Shown: piece by piece, positions 1-8,443 of the stretch | Position numbering within the stretch: position 1 is the stretch's first letter | How the letters are laid out: each line of letters begins with the position of its first letter | DNA from: Bacteroidota bacterium | Lineage (GTDB): Bacteria; Bacteroidota; Bacteroidia; Bacteroidales; UBA7960 | Direction: 5' to 3' | Assembly (NCBI GenBank): GCA_037441525.1 | Contig: JBBISA010000003.1 | Location: forward strand, 25,833-89,832 | Length of the DNA: 64,000 nt | Made by a program: the position numbers and the translations under genes | The notes under the pieces: generated by a model | Database searches by the model: none | Told to the model about the DNA's origin: nothing | What the model saw: the letters and a program-made list of their open reading frames with translations, nothing else

Positions 1-1154
1 AGGGTAACAGCGGTTCCCTCAGGAAGTGTAGGGACAATGGTAGATACAGCACCCCCTCTTGCAGTTGACCGGCAGGCTATTATGCTTTTACCCAATCCGT
101 CAAGCCCTTCAACGGCACCTACTGCTGTGTCGGTTTGTCCTCCAGTTCCTGAATGCTGATTAATGCCTATGGATTCGCTGGCCACCTGCCCGGTGAAATC
201 AATCATTAAGCAGGTATTAATAGAAACCATTTTGCTGTTCTGTTTTATTACACAAGGATCGTTTACATATTTTCCGCGAAGAAATTCAACCGAAGGATTG
301 TTATGAAGCCATTTGTACATTTTCTCCGACCCCATAGCAAAAGTGCAGATCGACTTCCCTTTATGGAGTGCTTTCATTTTATTAGTGATCACCCCTTTTT
401 CATAAAGTTCCACCATGGAGTCCACAAACATTTCGGTATGAATACCCAGGTCTTTTTTGCCACCCAGTGACAAAGCAGCGGCGTTGGGAATTTCACCAAT
501 GCCGAGTTGAATGGTAGAACCATCTTCTACCAGGGAAGCAATATGTTCTCCAATCCTGAGAGCAACCTCATCGGGCTGTGGATCAGGCAGCGTGGGGGGC
601 ATTTGGGAATATTCAACAAAATAGTCCACATCTGAAACATGCACCTGTGTATCTCCAAGGGTTCTGGGCAATTGATCGTTCACTTCGAGAACCGTAATAT
701 CGGCGGCTTCAAGAATGTCTTTTTCATAGGTAATCCCAAGCGACAGTGAAACGAAGCCTTTATCATCGGGCGGAGTGCATGTTCCGAAGAATATATGGGG
801 CCGACGCACCTTGAGCCGGTCGGTGGCGGCACGATGCAACATATTAGGGACATAAGTTACTGTGCCCACTCCTTGCTTGATTGCCTGCCGGGAACCTGGA
901 GCATGAAACCAGCTGCATAACTCAAAATGCCCCTTCATTTCGTGCTTCATATAAAAGTCGTAGGGTTTGAGGGTCAGTACTGAAAATACCTGCACGTTTT
1001 CAACGTGGTTTTTTGCAAGGTGAAATTGCGACATGCAACCCTGGGGCTCCGATGCGCATTGGGCTACAATTACATCGGTGTTACTCTTCAACAACATTAC
1101 CGCATCTTGTATGGTGATGAGCTTCGATTGATATATCTGCTGGTACGATTTCAT
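1..1154 (-). CDS. Acetyl-CoA hydrolase/transferase family protein (4-hydroxybutyrate CoA-transferase-like); partial, runs off the left edge
   Basis: Not in the ORF track. Manual translation from ATG 1154 gives MKSYQQIYQSKLITIQDAV... and includes family motifs DGSTIQLGIGEIPNA, LGIHTEM and SGTGGQTD. The ATG overlaps the TGA of the symporter (ATGA coupling). Confidence 0.9.
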   Translation of the reverse strand, partial: MKSYQQIYQSKLITIQDAVMLLKSNTDVIVAQCASEPQGCMSQFHLAKNHVENVQVFSVLTLKPYDFYMKHEMKGHFELCSWFHAPGSRQAIKQGVGTVTYVPNMLHRAATDRLKVRRPHIFFGTCTPPDDKGFVSLSLGITYEKDILEAADITVLEVNDQLPRTLGDTQVHVSDVDYFVEYSQMPPTLPDPQPDEVALRIGEHIASLVEDGSTIQLGIGEIPNAAALSLGGKKDLGIHTEMFVDSMVELYEKGVITNKMKALHKGKSICTFAMGSEKMYKWLHNNPSVEFLRGKYVNDPCVIKQNSKMVSINTCLMIDFTGQVASESIGINQHSGTGGQTDTAVGAVEGLDGLGKSIIACRSTARGGAVSTIVPTLPEGTAVT

Positions 1155-2701
1155 AATGTACGCTGTTTGTAAACACTGAAAAAATGAACAAGTAATCCAA
1201 CCAATGCTGAGCTTACTATAGCCATGGAAGAAGCAATAGCGGGGTTGCGAACTGTACCCTGCACATACTTTGTAAAAAAACCCAGGTTCAGGTCCCAGGC
1301 CAATACCATTTGCGGGAGCAGATAGTAGATTCCAAAATGTATAACAAGAGCGGTTACAGAAGCAGCAACAGCGGCCTTTAGACCTGCCTTGCGCGAAAAA
1401 ATTCCCAGCACAATCGGAATAAAAGCTATGGAAAAGAAGGCATAAACACCGTTTTGTGCCAGGATGGCCACACTCAGTTTGGGATTGAGCAGTTGATCGC
1501 GTGCAATCATAAAAGATACTATGGCAAGGAAGGCAATTGCAACCTTATTCCAGTGCATATAGCTTTTTTCATGGCTAATGAATCGCCCGAAGACCGGCCT
1601 GATTATATCGCTGGTGATGGTAGTGGATAATGACTGGATAAGCCCTTCGAGTGTTGAAAGGCCGGCACTTATAAGTCCCATGATCACAATTAATCCCACA
1701 ATGACCGAAAACCATCCCTTTGAAAAAACGCTTACTACATAGGTTGGAATAACATCATCTGCTTTTAATATCTTACCCCCTGCTATAAGGTCAGGAAATT
1801 GAAGCCGGGCATAAAGACCAACAAAAACCACCGAGAAAAAAAGCATTTGGGCAATTACCGCCGAAACAAGGAAGGTATTAACATCGCTTTCCTTTTTCAG
1901 AAATAATGATTTGGTGATGATGTGTGGCTGGCACACAACTGCAACACCTATCACAATCTGGGCAAAAATTATCTCGAAATAGTCGCGGAACAGCTGGCTG
2001 GATGGGTTGGTATTCTTAACCAACATTGGGTCTATGGCTGCCAGTTTCTGAAAAAAACCATTAATGCCATCTCTGAAATGTTCTAATCCCGATGTAAGCA
2101 AAATAACAGCTACCACAAGCATAACAAATGCCTGAATGGTATTGGTGTAGACCAATGAGTTGGCGCCGCCGAACATCATATATCCAAAAACGAACACCAC
2201 AATAAATGCCAGTACACTTATCTGGTCAATATTCAGGGCGGCCGAAATTACCTTGGCCAGTGCTACCAGTATTAGAACGATGAAAGTGATAAGCAGAAAC
2301 GACATAAAACCTATGAACAGCGAATAATTACGGCTGTTGTAACGGCCGCCAATCCACTGGGCCAATGTGGTCGCTTTATTTGCCTGACCGTATTTGCGGA
2401 AACTTTTGGTAAGGATTACCAGAGATACCAGTGAAGCAACCGGAAAAAATATTCCGAATGATAAAACCCCGCTCCATCCGAAAATAGTAATAAGCGCCGG
2501 ATTGATCACAAAGGTTGCGGCACTTGTCATTGAAACCGCAAGGGATAAGCCCACAAAAGCCGGGGAAAAGTTAAGGTTACCGATAGCATAATCATGTATG
2601 CTTTTGGTGCGAAGTGCCCCTCTGACCACAAAAAATAGCACCAGACCCGCGTATAAAAACAGCAGTATCCAGGTTCCCAGTATTTGTTGTTCTGTTGCCA
2701 T
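1151..2701 (-). CDS. Sodium:solute symporter (SSS family, PanF/PutP-like)
   Basis: 516 aa with about 13 hydrophobic segments; N-terminal 'DYAIGN..S..FVGLSLAVSMTSAATFV' and 'AGLSTLEGLI' SSS-like motifs. Confidence 0.85.
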   Translation of the reverse strand: MATEQQILGTWILLFLYAGLVLFFVVRGALRTKSIHDYAIGNLNFSPAFVGLSLAVSMTSAATFVINPALITIFGWSGVLSFGIFFPVASLVSLVILTKSFRKYGQANKATTLAQWIGGRYNSRNYSLFIGFMSFLLITFIVLILVALAKVISAALNIDQISVLAFIVVFVFGYMMFGGANSLVYTNTIQAFVMLVVAVILLTSGLEHFRDGINGFFQKLAAIDPMLVKNTNPSSQLFRDYFEIIFAQIVIGVAVVCQPHIITKSLFLKKESDVNTFLVSAVIAQMLFFSVVFVGLYARLQFPDLIAGGKILKADDVIPTYVVSVFSKGWFSVIVGLIVIMGLISAGLSTLEGLIQSLSTTITSDIIRPVFGRFISHEKSYMHWNKVAIAFLAIVSFMIARDQLLNPKLSVAILAQNGVYAFFSIAFIPIVLGIFSRKAGLKAAVAASVTALVIHFGIYYLLPQMVLAWDLNLGFFTKYVQGTVRNPAIASSMAIVSSALVGLLVHFFSVYKQRTL

Positions 2702-2713
2702 GCAGGTTGGTTG

Positions 2714-3457
2714 TTAAATGGTTATACCCCCATCCACACTTATTACAGCCCCGTTTATATAGGCTGCCTCTTCAGATGCAAGATAGGCATAAATGGATGC
2801 TATTTCGTCGGGATGACCCAATCTGCCTACCGGTACTTTGTCCTCCATTGATTTAAGAATTTCGGCAGGCATTTTTTTTACCATATCGGTGGCTATAAAA
2901 CCAGGGGCTACTGCATTAACAGTAATCCCTTTGCGGCCGAGCTCGCGGGCAAGGGTTTTGGTCATACCTATAACTCCGGCTTTTGTTGCCACATAGTTGG
3001 TTTGCCCAAAATTGCCATACAAAGCCACTACCGATGATGTATTGATGATGCGTCCGAAATTCTTCTCAACCATATACTGGCTGATTACCTTGGCACAGTT
3101 GAACACTCCGGTAAGATTCACATCAATAACCTGTTGCCATTGTTCTGGTGTCATTTTTTTGATGGATGCATCTCGTGTAATTCCGGCATTATTGATCAGA
3201 ATATCAATTTTTCTGTATTTTTCTATTACATTGGTTGCGGCTGCCTCAACATCGGCGAAAAGAGATGTATTTACCTTCATAAAAACAGCTTCACCGCCAA
3301 TAGCAGCAATCTCCCTGCAGGTTGTGTCCCCTGCTTCAGTGTTCATATCCCATAGTACAACCTTAGCTCCTTCGTTGGCTAATCTAATCGCACCTGCTTT
3401 GCCAATGCCGGCAGCACCTCCGGTAATAATGGCTACCTTTTTTTCGAATCGTTTCAT
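2714..3457 (-). CDS. SDR oxidoreductase, FabG/acetoacetyl-CoA reductase-like
   Basis: TGGAAGIG, NNAGITRD, YVATK catalytic motif, VNAVAPGFIAT. Confidence 0.9.
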   Translation of the reverse strand: MKRFEKKVAIITGGAAGIGKAGAIRLANEGAKVVLWDMNTEAGDTTCREIAAIGGEAVFMKVNTSLFADVEAAATNVIEKYRKIDILINNAGITRDASIKKMTPEQWQQVIDVNLTGVFNCAKVISQYMVEKNFGRIINTSSVVALYGNFGQTNYVATKAGVIGMTKTLARELGRKGITVNAVAPGFIATDMVKKMPAEILKSMEDKVPVGRLGHPDEIASIYAYLASEEAAYINGAVISVDGGITI

Positions 3458-3486
3458 TGTGTTTGTATTTTAAGGGTGTTGTGTTT

Positions 3487-4692
3487 TCAGGATAATTTTT
3501 CAATGATAAGCGCTGTGCCCTGCCCTCCGCCTATGCAAAGTGTTGCCAGGCCCATCCGGGCATCGCGGCGACCCATTTCGTAAATCAAAGTAGTGAGAAT
3601 TCGTGCCCCGGAAGCCCCAATAGGATGCCCAAGGGCAATGGCACCACCGTTTACATTGACCTTGGTCGTATCAAAGCCCAAATCCCTGGCAACAGCGAGC
3701 GACTGCGCAGCAAATGCTTCATTGGATTCAATCAGGTCAATATCACCGATGGTTAAACCCGCCTTTTGAAGAGCAGAGCGGGTAGCCGGAACAGGGCCAT
3801 AGCCCATAATTCCGGGATCGAGGGCGGCATTGGCATAAGAAACAATGCGTGCCAGGGGTTTGACCCCAAGTTCGCGGGCCTTTTCGGCTGACATAACTAT
3901 CAGCATTGCAGCACCATCATTAAGCCCTGATGCATTCCCTGCAGTTACAGTTCCCTCTTTTTTAAAGGCCGGAGAGAGCTTTGCAAGTTTTTCAAGGATT
4001 AAGCCATGCTTTGGGTACTCGTCGGTATCAAATACCATCGGGTCGCCTTTGCGCTGCGGAATTTCTATTCGTACTATTTCATCCCTGAATCGGCCTTCCC
4101 TGTGTGCTTTTTCAGCCTTGTGCTGGCTTGCCAGGGCAAACTCGTCCTGTTCCTGCCTGGTAATATTCCATTGCGATGCAATGTTCTCAGCCGTTATTCC
4201 CATGTGATAATTATTGAAAGCATCGGTAAGGCCATCCTTTATCATACTGTCGGTTATTTCACCATGGCCCATCCTGTAACCAAATCTTGCTTTCTCCAGC
4301 AGATAAGGAGCATTCGACATGCTTTCTGTTCCACCTGCCAGCACCACATCGGCATCGCCCAGCATTATAAATTGGGCTGCCATACTTACAGCCCTTAAAC
4401 CGCTTCCGCAGAGTTTGTTTATGGTCATTGCAGGGCTGGTTTCGGGAACTCCGGCTTTAATCGATACCTGCCGGGCAATGTTTTGCCCCTGCCCTGCCGA
4501 CAAAATATTCCCTACAATAGTCTCGTTAATATCTGTGGGCTTTATTCCGGCTCTTTTTATAGCCTCCCGGGATGCGAAAACCCCAAGATCAACTGCTGAA
4601 AAACTGCCCAACCCACCACCGTAGCTGCCGATAGCAGTTCTGGCTGCTGATACAATTACTACTTCGCGCATATCATTTAGATTTTGAATCAC
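3487..4692 (-). CDS. atoB: Acetyl-CoA C-acetyltransferase (thiolase II)
   Basis: NKLCGSGL (catalytic Cys), [27 protein letters not shown]. Confidence 0.93.
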   Translation of the reverse strand: MIQNLNDMREVVIVSAARTAIGSYGGGLGSFSAVDLGVFASREAIKRAGIKPTDINETIVGNILSAGQGQNIARQVSIKAGVPETSPAMTINKLCGSGLRAVSMAAQFIMLGDADVVLAGGTESMSNAPYLLEKARFGYRMGHGEITDSMIKDGLTDAFNNYHMGITAENIASQWNITRQEQDEFALASQHKAEKAHREGRFRDEIVRIEIPQRKGDPMVFDTDEYPKHGLILEKLAKLSPAFKKEGTVTAGNASGLNDGAAMLIVMSAEKARELGVKPLARIVSYANAALDPGIMGYGPVPATRSALQKAGLTIGDIDLIESNEAFAAQSLAVARDLGFDTTKVNVNGGAIALGHPIGASGARILTTLIYEMGRRDARMGLATLCIGGGQGTALIIEKLS

Positions 4693-4861
4693 TTACAATT
4701 TTCTTACAAACATCATAATAAAGGATGCCTCCATGTTAATGATTTCTTAACTTTACAGGGTTGACTTTTAGATCATTTTAAAGCGATGTGCATTTTATAT
4801 TACTGTTTATCTGTACTTTAAACACTGTACAAACCCTATCGACCTGGAAATTCCTGACCCC

Positions 4862-6283
4862 ATGAACAGCCGCCTTAACAAATTCACCAAGTACGCAAAT
4901 TCCCTCTACCCACATGAGCTCGACTATTTACTCCATATCCAAAAATTCGAGCATTCCGGGAATCTGAAAATTCTGGACCTGGTAAATTACAACTCAAAAA
5001 ATCCACAAAATCCGCTGCCCTTTGATGTGAGTTTAGACAAGCGAAGGTATAGCTACATGAAAAACTGGATGGAAGAGCAGCTTGCCGAAATGGATGTGGA
5101 TCTTTTCTATGAATGGCTTATCTCGTGCGAAAAAAAAGTTCTTACTGATATGATCACCGTTGAAGAGGAAAAAGTTATCCTCAAAAAATCACGCATCATT
5201 AATCATACTCATTACTACTTTATCAGGTTTTATGAATTGATGCGCTATTACCGCGATTACCTTCTCATACGCAACCGCACCGATTCATACCGAAACATTA
5301 TCACCTATCTGCGCAAAAACCAGCAATTTTATCAGGTTGCAATTGATCTTAACACACGAATAAACCGTGCATCAGAAGATATAGTGGGCCAGTATTTCGA
5401 TAGCCACACCGAATCACGGCAATGGGAGGAGTTATTAAATGAAGTTTTCTTTAACAAAGAAATTGATGGGTACACCCGATACCGGGCTGCTGTAAGGTTA
5501 ACCTACATGTACTATAACTACCGCGAATTTGGCAAACTTCGCAATATTTACGAAGAACTCGACAGAAGTTTTCAGGCAGGGGTATTCTACTCGCGGCGCA
5601 TACTGGCCAATTACTATGCAAACAGGGCTATGATGCATTCAAAACTTGGCGAATTAAAGGATGCAGAAAAATATGGCTGGCTGGCCATAAGGCACGAAAA
5701 CAGCGACTTCATTTTTTATGTTCTTAATTTGTGCGGGGTTTTACTGAAAAACCACAAGTCTGCCGAAGCCCTTGGTTTAATGCAACGGTCAATACAAAAG
5801 CTGCGTAAAACAGCCAACTACTATTACAGGATCGGTTTTGCAGCTTTTTACATAAAGGCATTAACGGCCAACAAACATTATCGCGAAGCCGCAGACTATG
5901 CTGAAACATTCCATGGCAGCCACAAAAAAGAGATAATACGCAATCGCTGGCATTTGTTCTATTCAAACTATTTCCAGGCATTGGCATGGTGCGAGAATTA
6001 TGGAAAGATTATATCTCTCTCGCGACGCTATCAACTGGTTGATATGGAAAAAAAACAAGCTGGTGAAGCACGTTATATGCCTGTTTTACTGTGGTATACC
6101 ACAATCGCCGATTATATAGAGGGGCACACTGGAGTTGATAAATTAACCGATACTATTGTAAAATCATGCCAGCACCTGGTTCAGAACAACTACAGTGTAG
6201 GGAAAATAAAAGAGCTATTAAATGAATTATCACAATTTGCACCAGAAGCGTTCAGAAACGTAATTGACCAAACCAATTTATGA
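4862..6283 (+). CDS. Hypothetical all-alpha protein with TPR-like C-terminal half, divergent from the thiolase operon
   Basis: 473-aa ORF, Tyr/Leu-rich amphipathic helices, no catalytic motif recognised. Confidence 0.6.
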   Translation: MNSRLNKFTKYANSLYPHELDYLLHIQKFEHSGNLKILDLVNYNSKNPQNPLPFDVSLDKRRYSYMKNWMEEQLAEMDVDLFYEWLISCEKKVLTDMITVEEEKVILKKSRIINHTHYYFIRFYELMRYYRDYLLIRNRTDSYRNIITYLRKNQQFYQVAIDLNTRINRASEDIVGQYFDSHTESRQWEELLNEVFFNKEIDGYTRYRAAVRLTYMYYNYREFGKLRNIYEELDRSFQAGVFYSRRILANYYANRAMMHSKLGELKDAEKYGWLAIRHENSDFIFYVLNLCGVLLKNHKSAEALGLMQRSIQKLRKTANYYYRIGFAAFYIKALTANKHYREAADYAETFHGSHKKEIIRNRWHLFYSNYFQALAWCENYGKIISLSRRYQLVDMEKKQAGEARYMPVLLWYTTIADYIEGHTGVDKLTDTIVKSCQHLVQNNYSVGKIKELLNELSQFAPEAFRNVIDQTNL

Positions 6284-6337
6284 CTGTTTATCGGGAAAAG
6301 ATAATCCTCAAAGAGCCAATAAAAACATTTGGTGGCC

Positions 6338-6435
6338 AAACAAAAGGCGAGCCCTGCACCCGCCTATTGCTTTTAACCACCAAAACAAAAACAACATTAA
6401 CCAATAAAAACAATCAAAGAATGATTAATTTTTCA
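6338..6435 (-). ncRNA. Candidate GU-rich small RNA (sRNA-A)
   Basis: Near-consensus -7 element (TGTACTTTG, plus 6442-6450), about 100 nt non-coding GU-rich body, hairpin 6345-6365 followed by TTTGTTT on -. The upstream gene already has its own terminator at 6556-6584. Confidence 0.45.
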
Positions 6436-6555
6436 GCATACCAAAGTACAATTTTTTTTTAAAAAATCAAAACATTTTTTTCTAAAAAAATACTCTGAAT
6501 GTTCGTCAGAAATCAGTTTTTTCTCTTCAAAAATAAAAAATATAATTTACAGAAC

Positions 6556-6584
6556 AAAAAAAGGCCGCCAGCAAAGGCGACCTT
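6556..6584 (-). terminator. Intrinsic terminator of the 6610-7221 gene
   Basis: Minus strand AAGGTCGCC-TTTGCT-GGCGGCCTT followed by a T run. Confidence 0.75.
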
Positions 6585-6609
6585 AATATTTTAAGAAAAA
6601 TTTATTCTT

Positions 6610-7221
6610 TTACCACCCCTGGTTGTTCCGATACATGGGGTTAGAATTAAAGGGATTCGTCTGCATGGGCATAAAGGGGTTACTCCCATGCGATACATTC
6701 ATCTGTGCACCGATGCTGAATTTTTTATTTATCTTGTAATCAAAACCAACCATCATGCCCCCTATGGTGCGATTAAAGGCCTGGGGGTTTATCTGTGGGG
6801 TAAAAAATGCAGGCATATTATTTCTTTCGGTCCAGACACCACCCGAAACCACAAGCCTTGGGTTCATTCTGTATGCACCCAATGCATAAACAGTTGCTGA
6901 GTGAAGTCGTCCCTGATTTGTGGAACCGAAAATGGGTGATGACGACCCAGACAAAGACCCAGTAGATAGCTGACTGCCAACCATGAAACTGAAATTTCTT
7001 CCAGGATGAAAAGTAAGGTGCGGAGAAACTGAATGGGAGAAAAATCCCCCGCCAAACCCGGTGGAAAAACTACTCCCTAACTGAAGGCCAAAAACAGGTT
7101 TCTGACTATAAATTGAATAATTATCTGATAAAAGTCCTGACTGCGTGTGTTGGCTGAACTGCGCGCTCACAAAACCGAATGTGAGCATCAAAGCCAAACT
7201 AAGGAAAATTTTTGTTTTCAT
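6610..7221 (-). CDS. Exported hypothetical protein, possible outer-membrane beta-strand protein
   Basis: Signal peptide (MKTKIFLSLALMLTFGFVSA-Q), alternating beta-strand patterns, 'VGFDYKINKKFSIGAQMNVS'. Confidence 0.6.
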   Translation of the reverse strand: MKTKIFLSLALMLTFGFVSAQFSQHTQSGLLSDNYSIYSQKPVFGLQLGSSFSTGFGGGFFSHSVSPHLTFHPGRNFSFMVGSQLSTGSLSGSSSPIFGSTNQGRLHSATVYALGAYRMNPRLVVSGGVWTERNNMPAFFTPQINPQAFNRTIGGMMVGFDYKINKKFSIGAQMNVSHGSNPFMPMQTNPFNSNPMYRNNQGW

Positions 7222-7407
7222 AATTCAACTGTTTAAGTAAACTTTCGGTTTAGAAAATTATTAAGCAAAACATTCAAAATTACAAAAAATTGCCAAGGGG
7301 GTAGTTCCTTTAATGTTTTTTTATGTTATAACAGCCCTTTCACTAATTTTGTAAAATCACATTCTCAATTATTTTTTCGGGGCCAGCAATCTAAATTACA
7401 ACCATTT

Positions 7408-8280
7408 ATGAGATTTCGAAAATTTAAGAATCCTGTATTCAACTCCGTTTTGAGCTATTTGATAATCACTTTAGGGTTGTTTATTAATGCTCTCGCCTGG
7501 ACTTCATTCATATTGCCCTCCAAGGTTGTGGGGGGAGGCATTACAGGTTTGAGTGCACTGGTATTTTACGCCACTGGAATTCCGGTTGGACTAACTTTTT
7601 TTGCTATCAACATTGTATTGATCATTCTTGGGATAAAAAGCCTGGGACTCTCCTTTGGGATACGTACCATTTATGCCAGTGTAGTGCTTTCAATATTTCT
7701 TAGTGTTTTGCAGCAGACAATTACCGAGCCCGTGGTTGACGACAAGTTCATGGCAACTATAATTGGGGCTATACTTGGCGGTGCCAGTGTGGGCTTGGTT
7801 TTCTCGCAGGGTGGAAGTACCGGTGGTACCGATATCATTGCCATGATGATCAACAAGTATCGCAATATCAGTCCGGGAAAACTTATACTATATATGGATG
7901 CCGTGATTATATCAAGCTCTTATATTCTTTTCCAATCTATTGAGTTGCTAATGTATGGCTTTGTTTTTATGGGGGTTGCTTCATACGCAATCGACATGGT
8001 ATTGATGGGGCACCGTCAAAGTGTGCAGCTATTCATCTTTAGCAGTAAACCAGAAATAATTGCCGAGCAAATAGCCAATGAGATTGGCCGGGGAGTTACA
8101 TTGATAAACGGCAAAGGTTGGTACAGCAAGACCGACACCAATATACTCATGGTGGTGGTAAAACGATACGAAAGTGGTCAGGTATTAAGAACCATTAAAC
8201 AGATAGACCCCGAAGCATTTATCTCCATATCTAATGTAATGGGTGTTTTCGGAAAGGGTTTCGACCCTTTAAAATATTAA
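7408..8280 (+). CDS. YitT family membrane protein (DUF161/DUF2179)
   Basis: GGITGLS, GGSTGGTDIIA, GRGVT..GKGWYS, IDPEAFISI motifs. Confidence 0.92.
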   Translation: MRFRKFKNPVFNSVLSYLIITLGLFINALAWTSFILPSKVVGGGITGLSALVFYATGIPVGLTFFAINIVLIILGIKSLGLSFGIRTIYASVVLSIFLSVLQQTITEPVVDDKFMATIIGAILGGASVGLVFSQGGSTGGTDIIAMMINKYRNISPGKLILYMDAVIISSSYILFQSIELLMYGFVFMGVASYAIDMVLMGHRQSVQLFIFSSKPEIIAEQIANEIGRGVTLINGKGWYSKTDTNILMVVVKRYESGQVLRTIKQIDPEAFISISNVMGVFGKGFDPLKY

Positions 8281-8332
8281 TTCCGGAATAGTTATTAGGG
8301 ATGCCGTGAACTAATGACTTAGCCGGGTTTAA
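8281..8332 (+). repeat. REP-like palindromic dispersed repeat, copy 1
   Basis: 46/52 identical by manual alignment to the reverse complement of 34431-34482; internal inverted repeat CCGG..AGTYATTAG / CTAATGACT..CCGG. Confidence 0.8.
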
Positions 8333-8443
8333 TGTTCCGGGGGATGGGGTAAAGCTAAGAACCAGGATTTTTGTTTGCTATTCAAAGTTTAGGTTATTTA
8401 AACCTTCTGATTTCAGATTTAAGGCAATCCACATCGTCCGGTA

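Noticed and set aside
6280-6462. 60-aa plus-strand ORF after the 4862-6283 gene
   Set aside because: Low-complexity Thr/Lys/Asn translation of the A/C-rich complement of the candidate sRNA.
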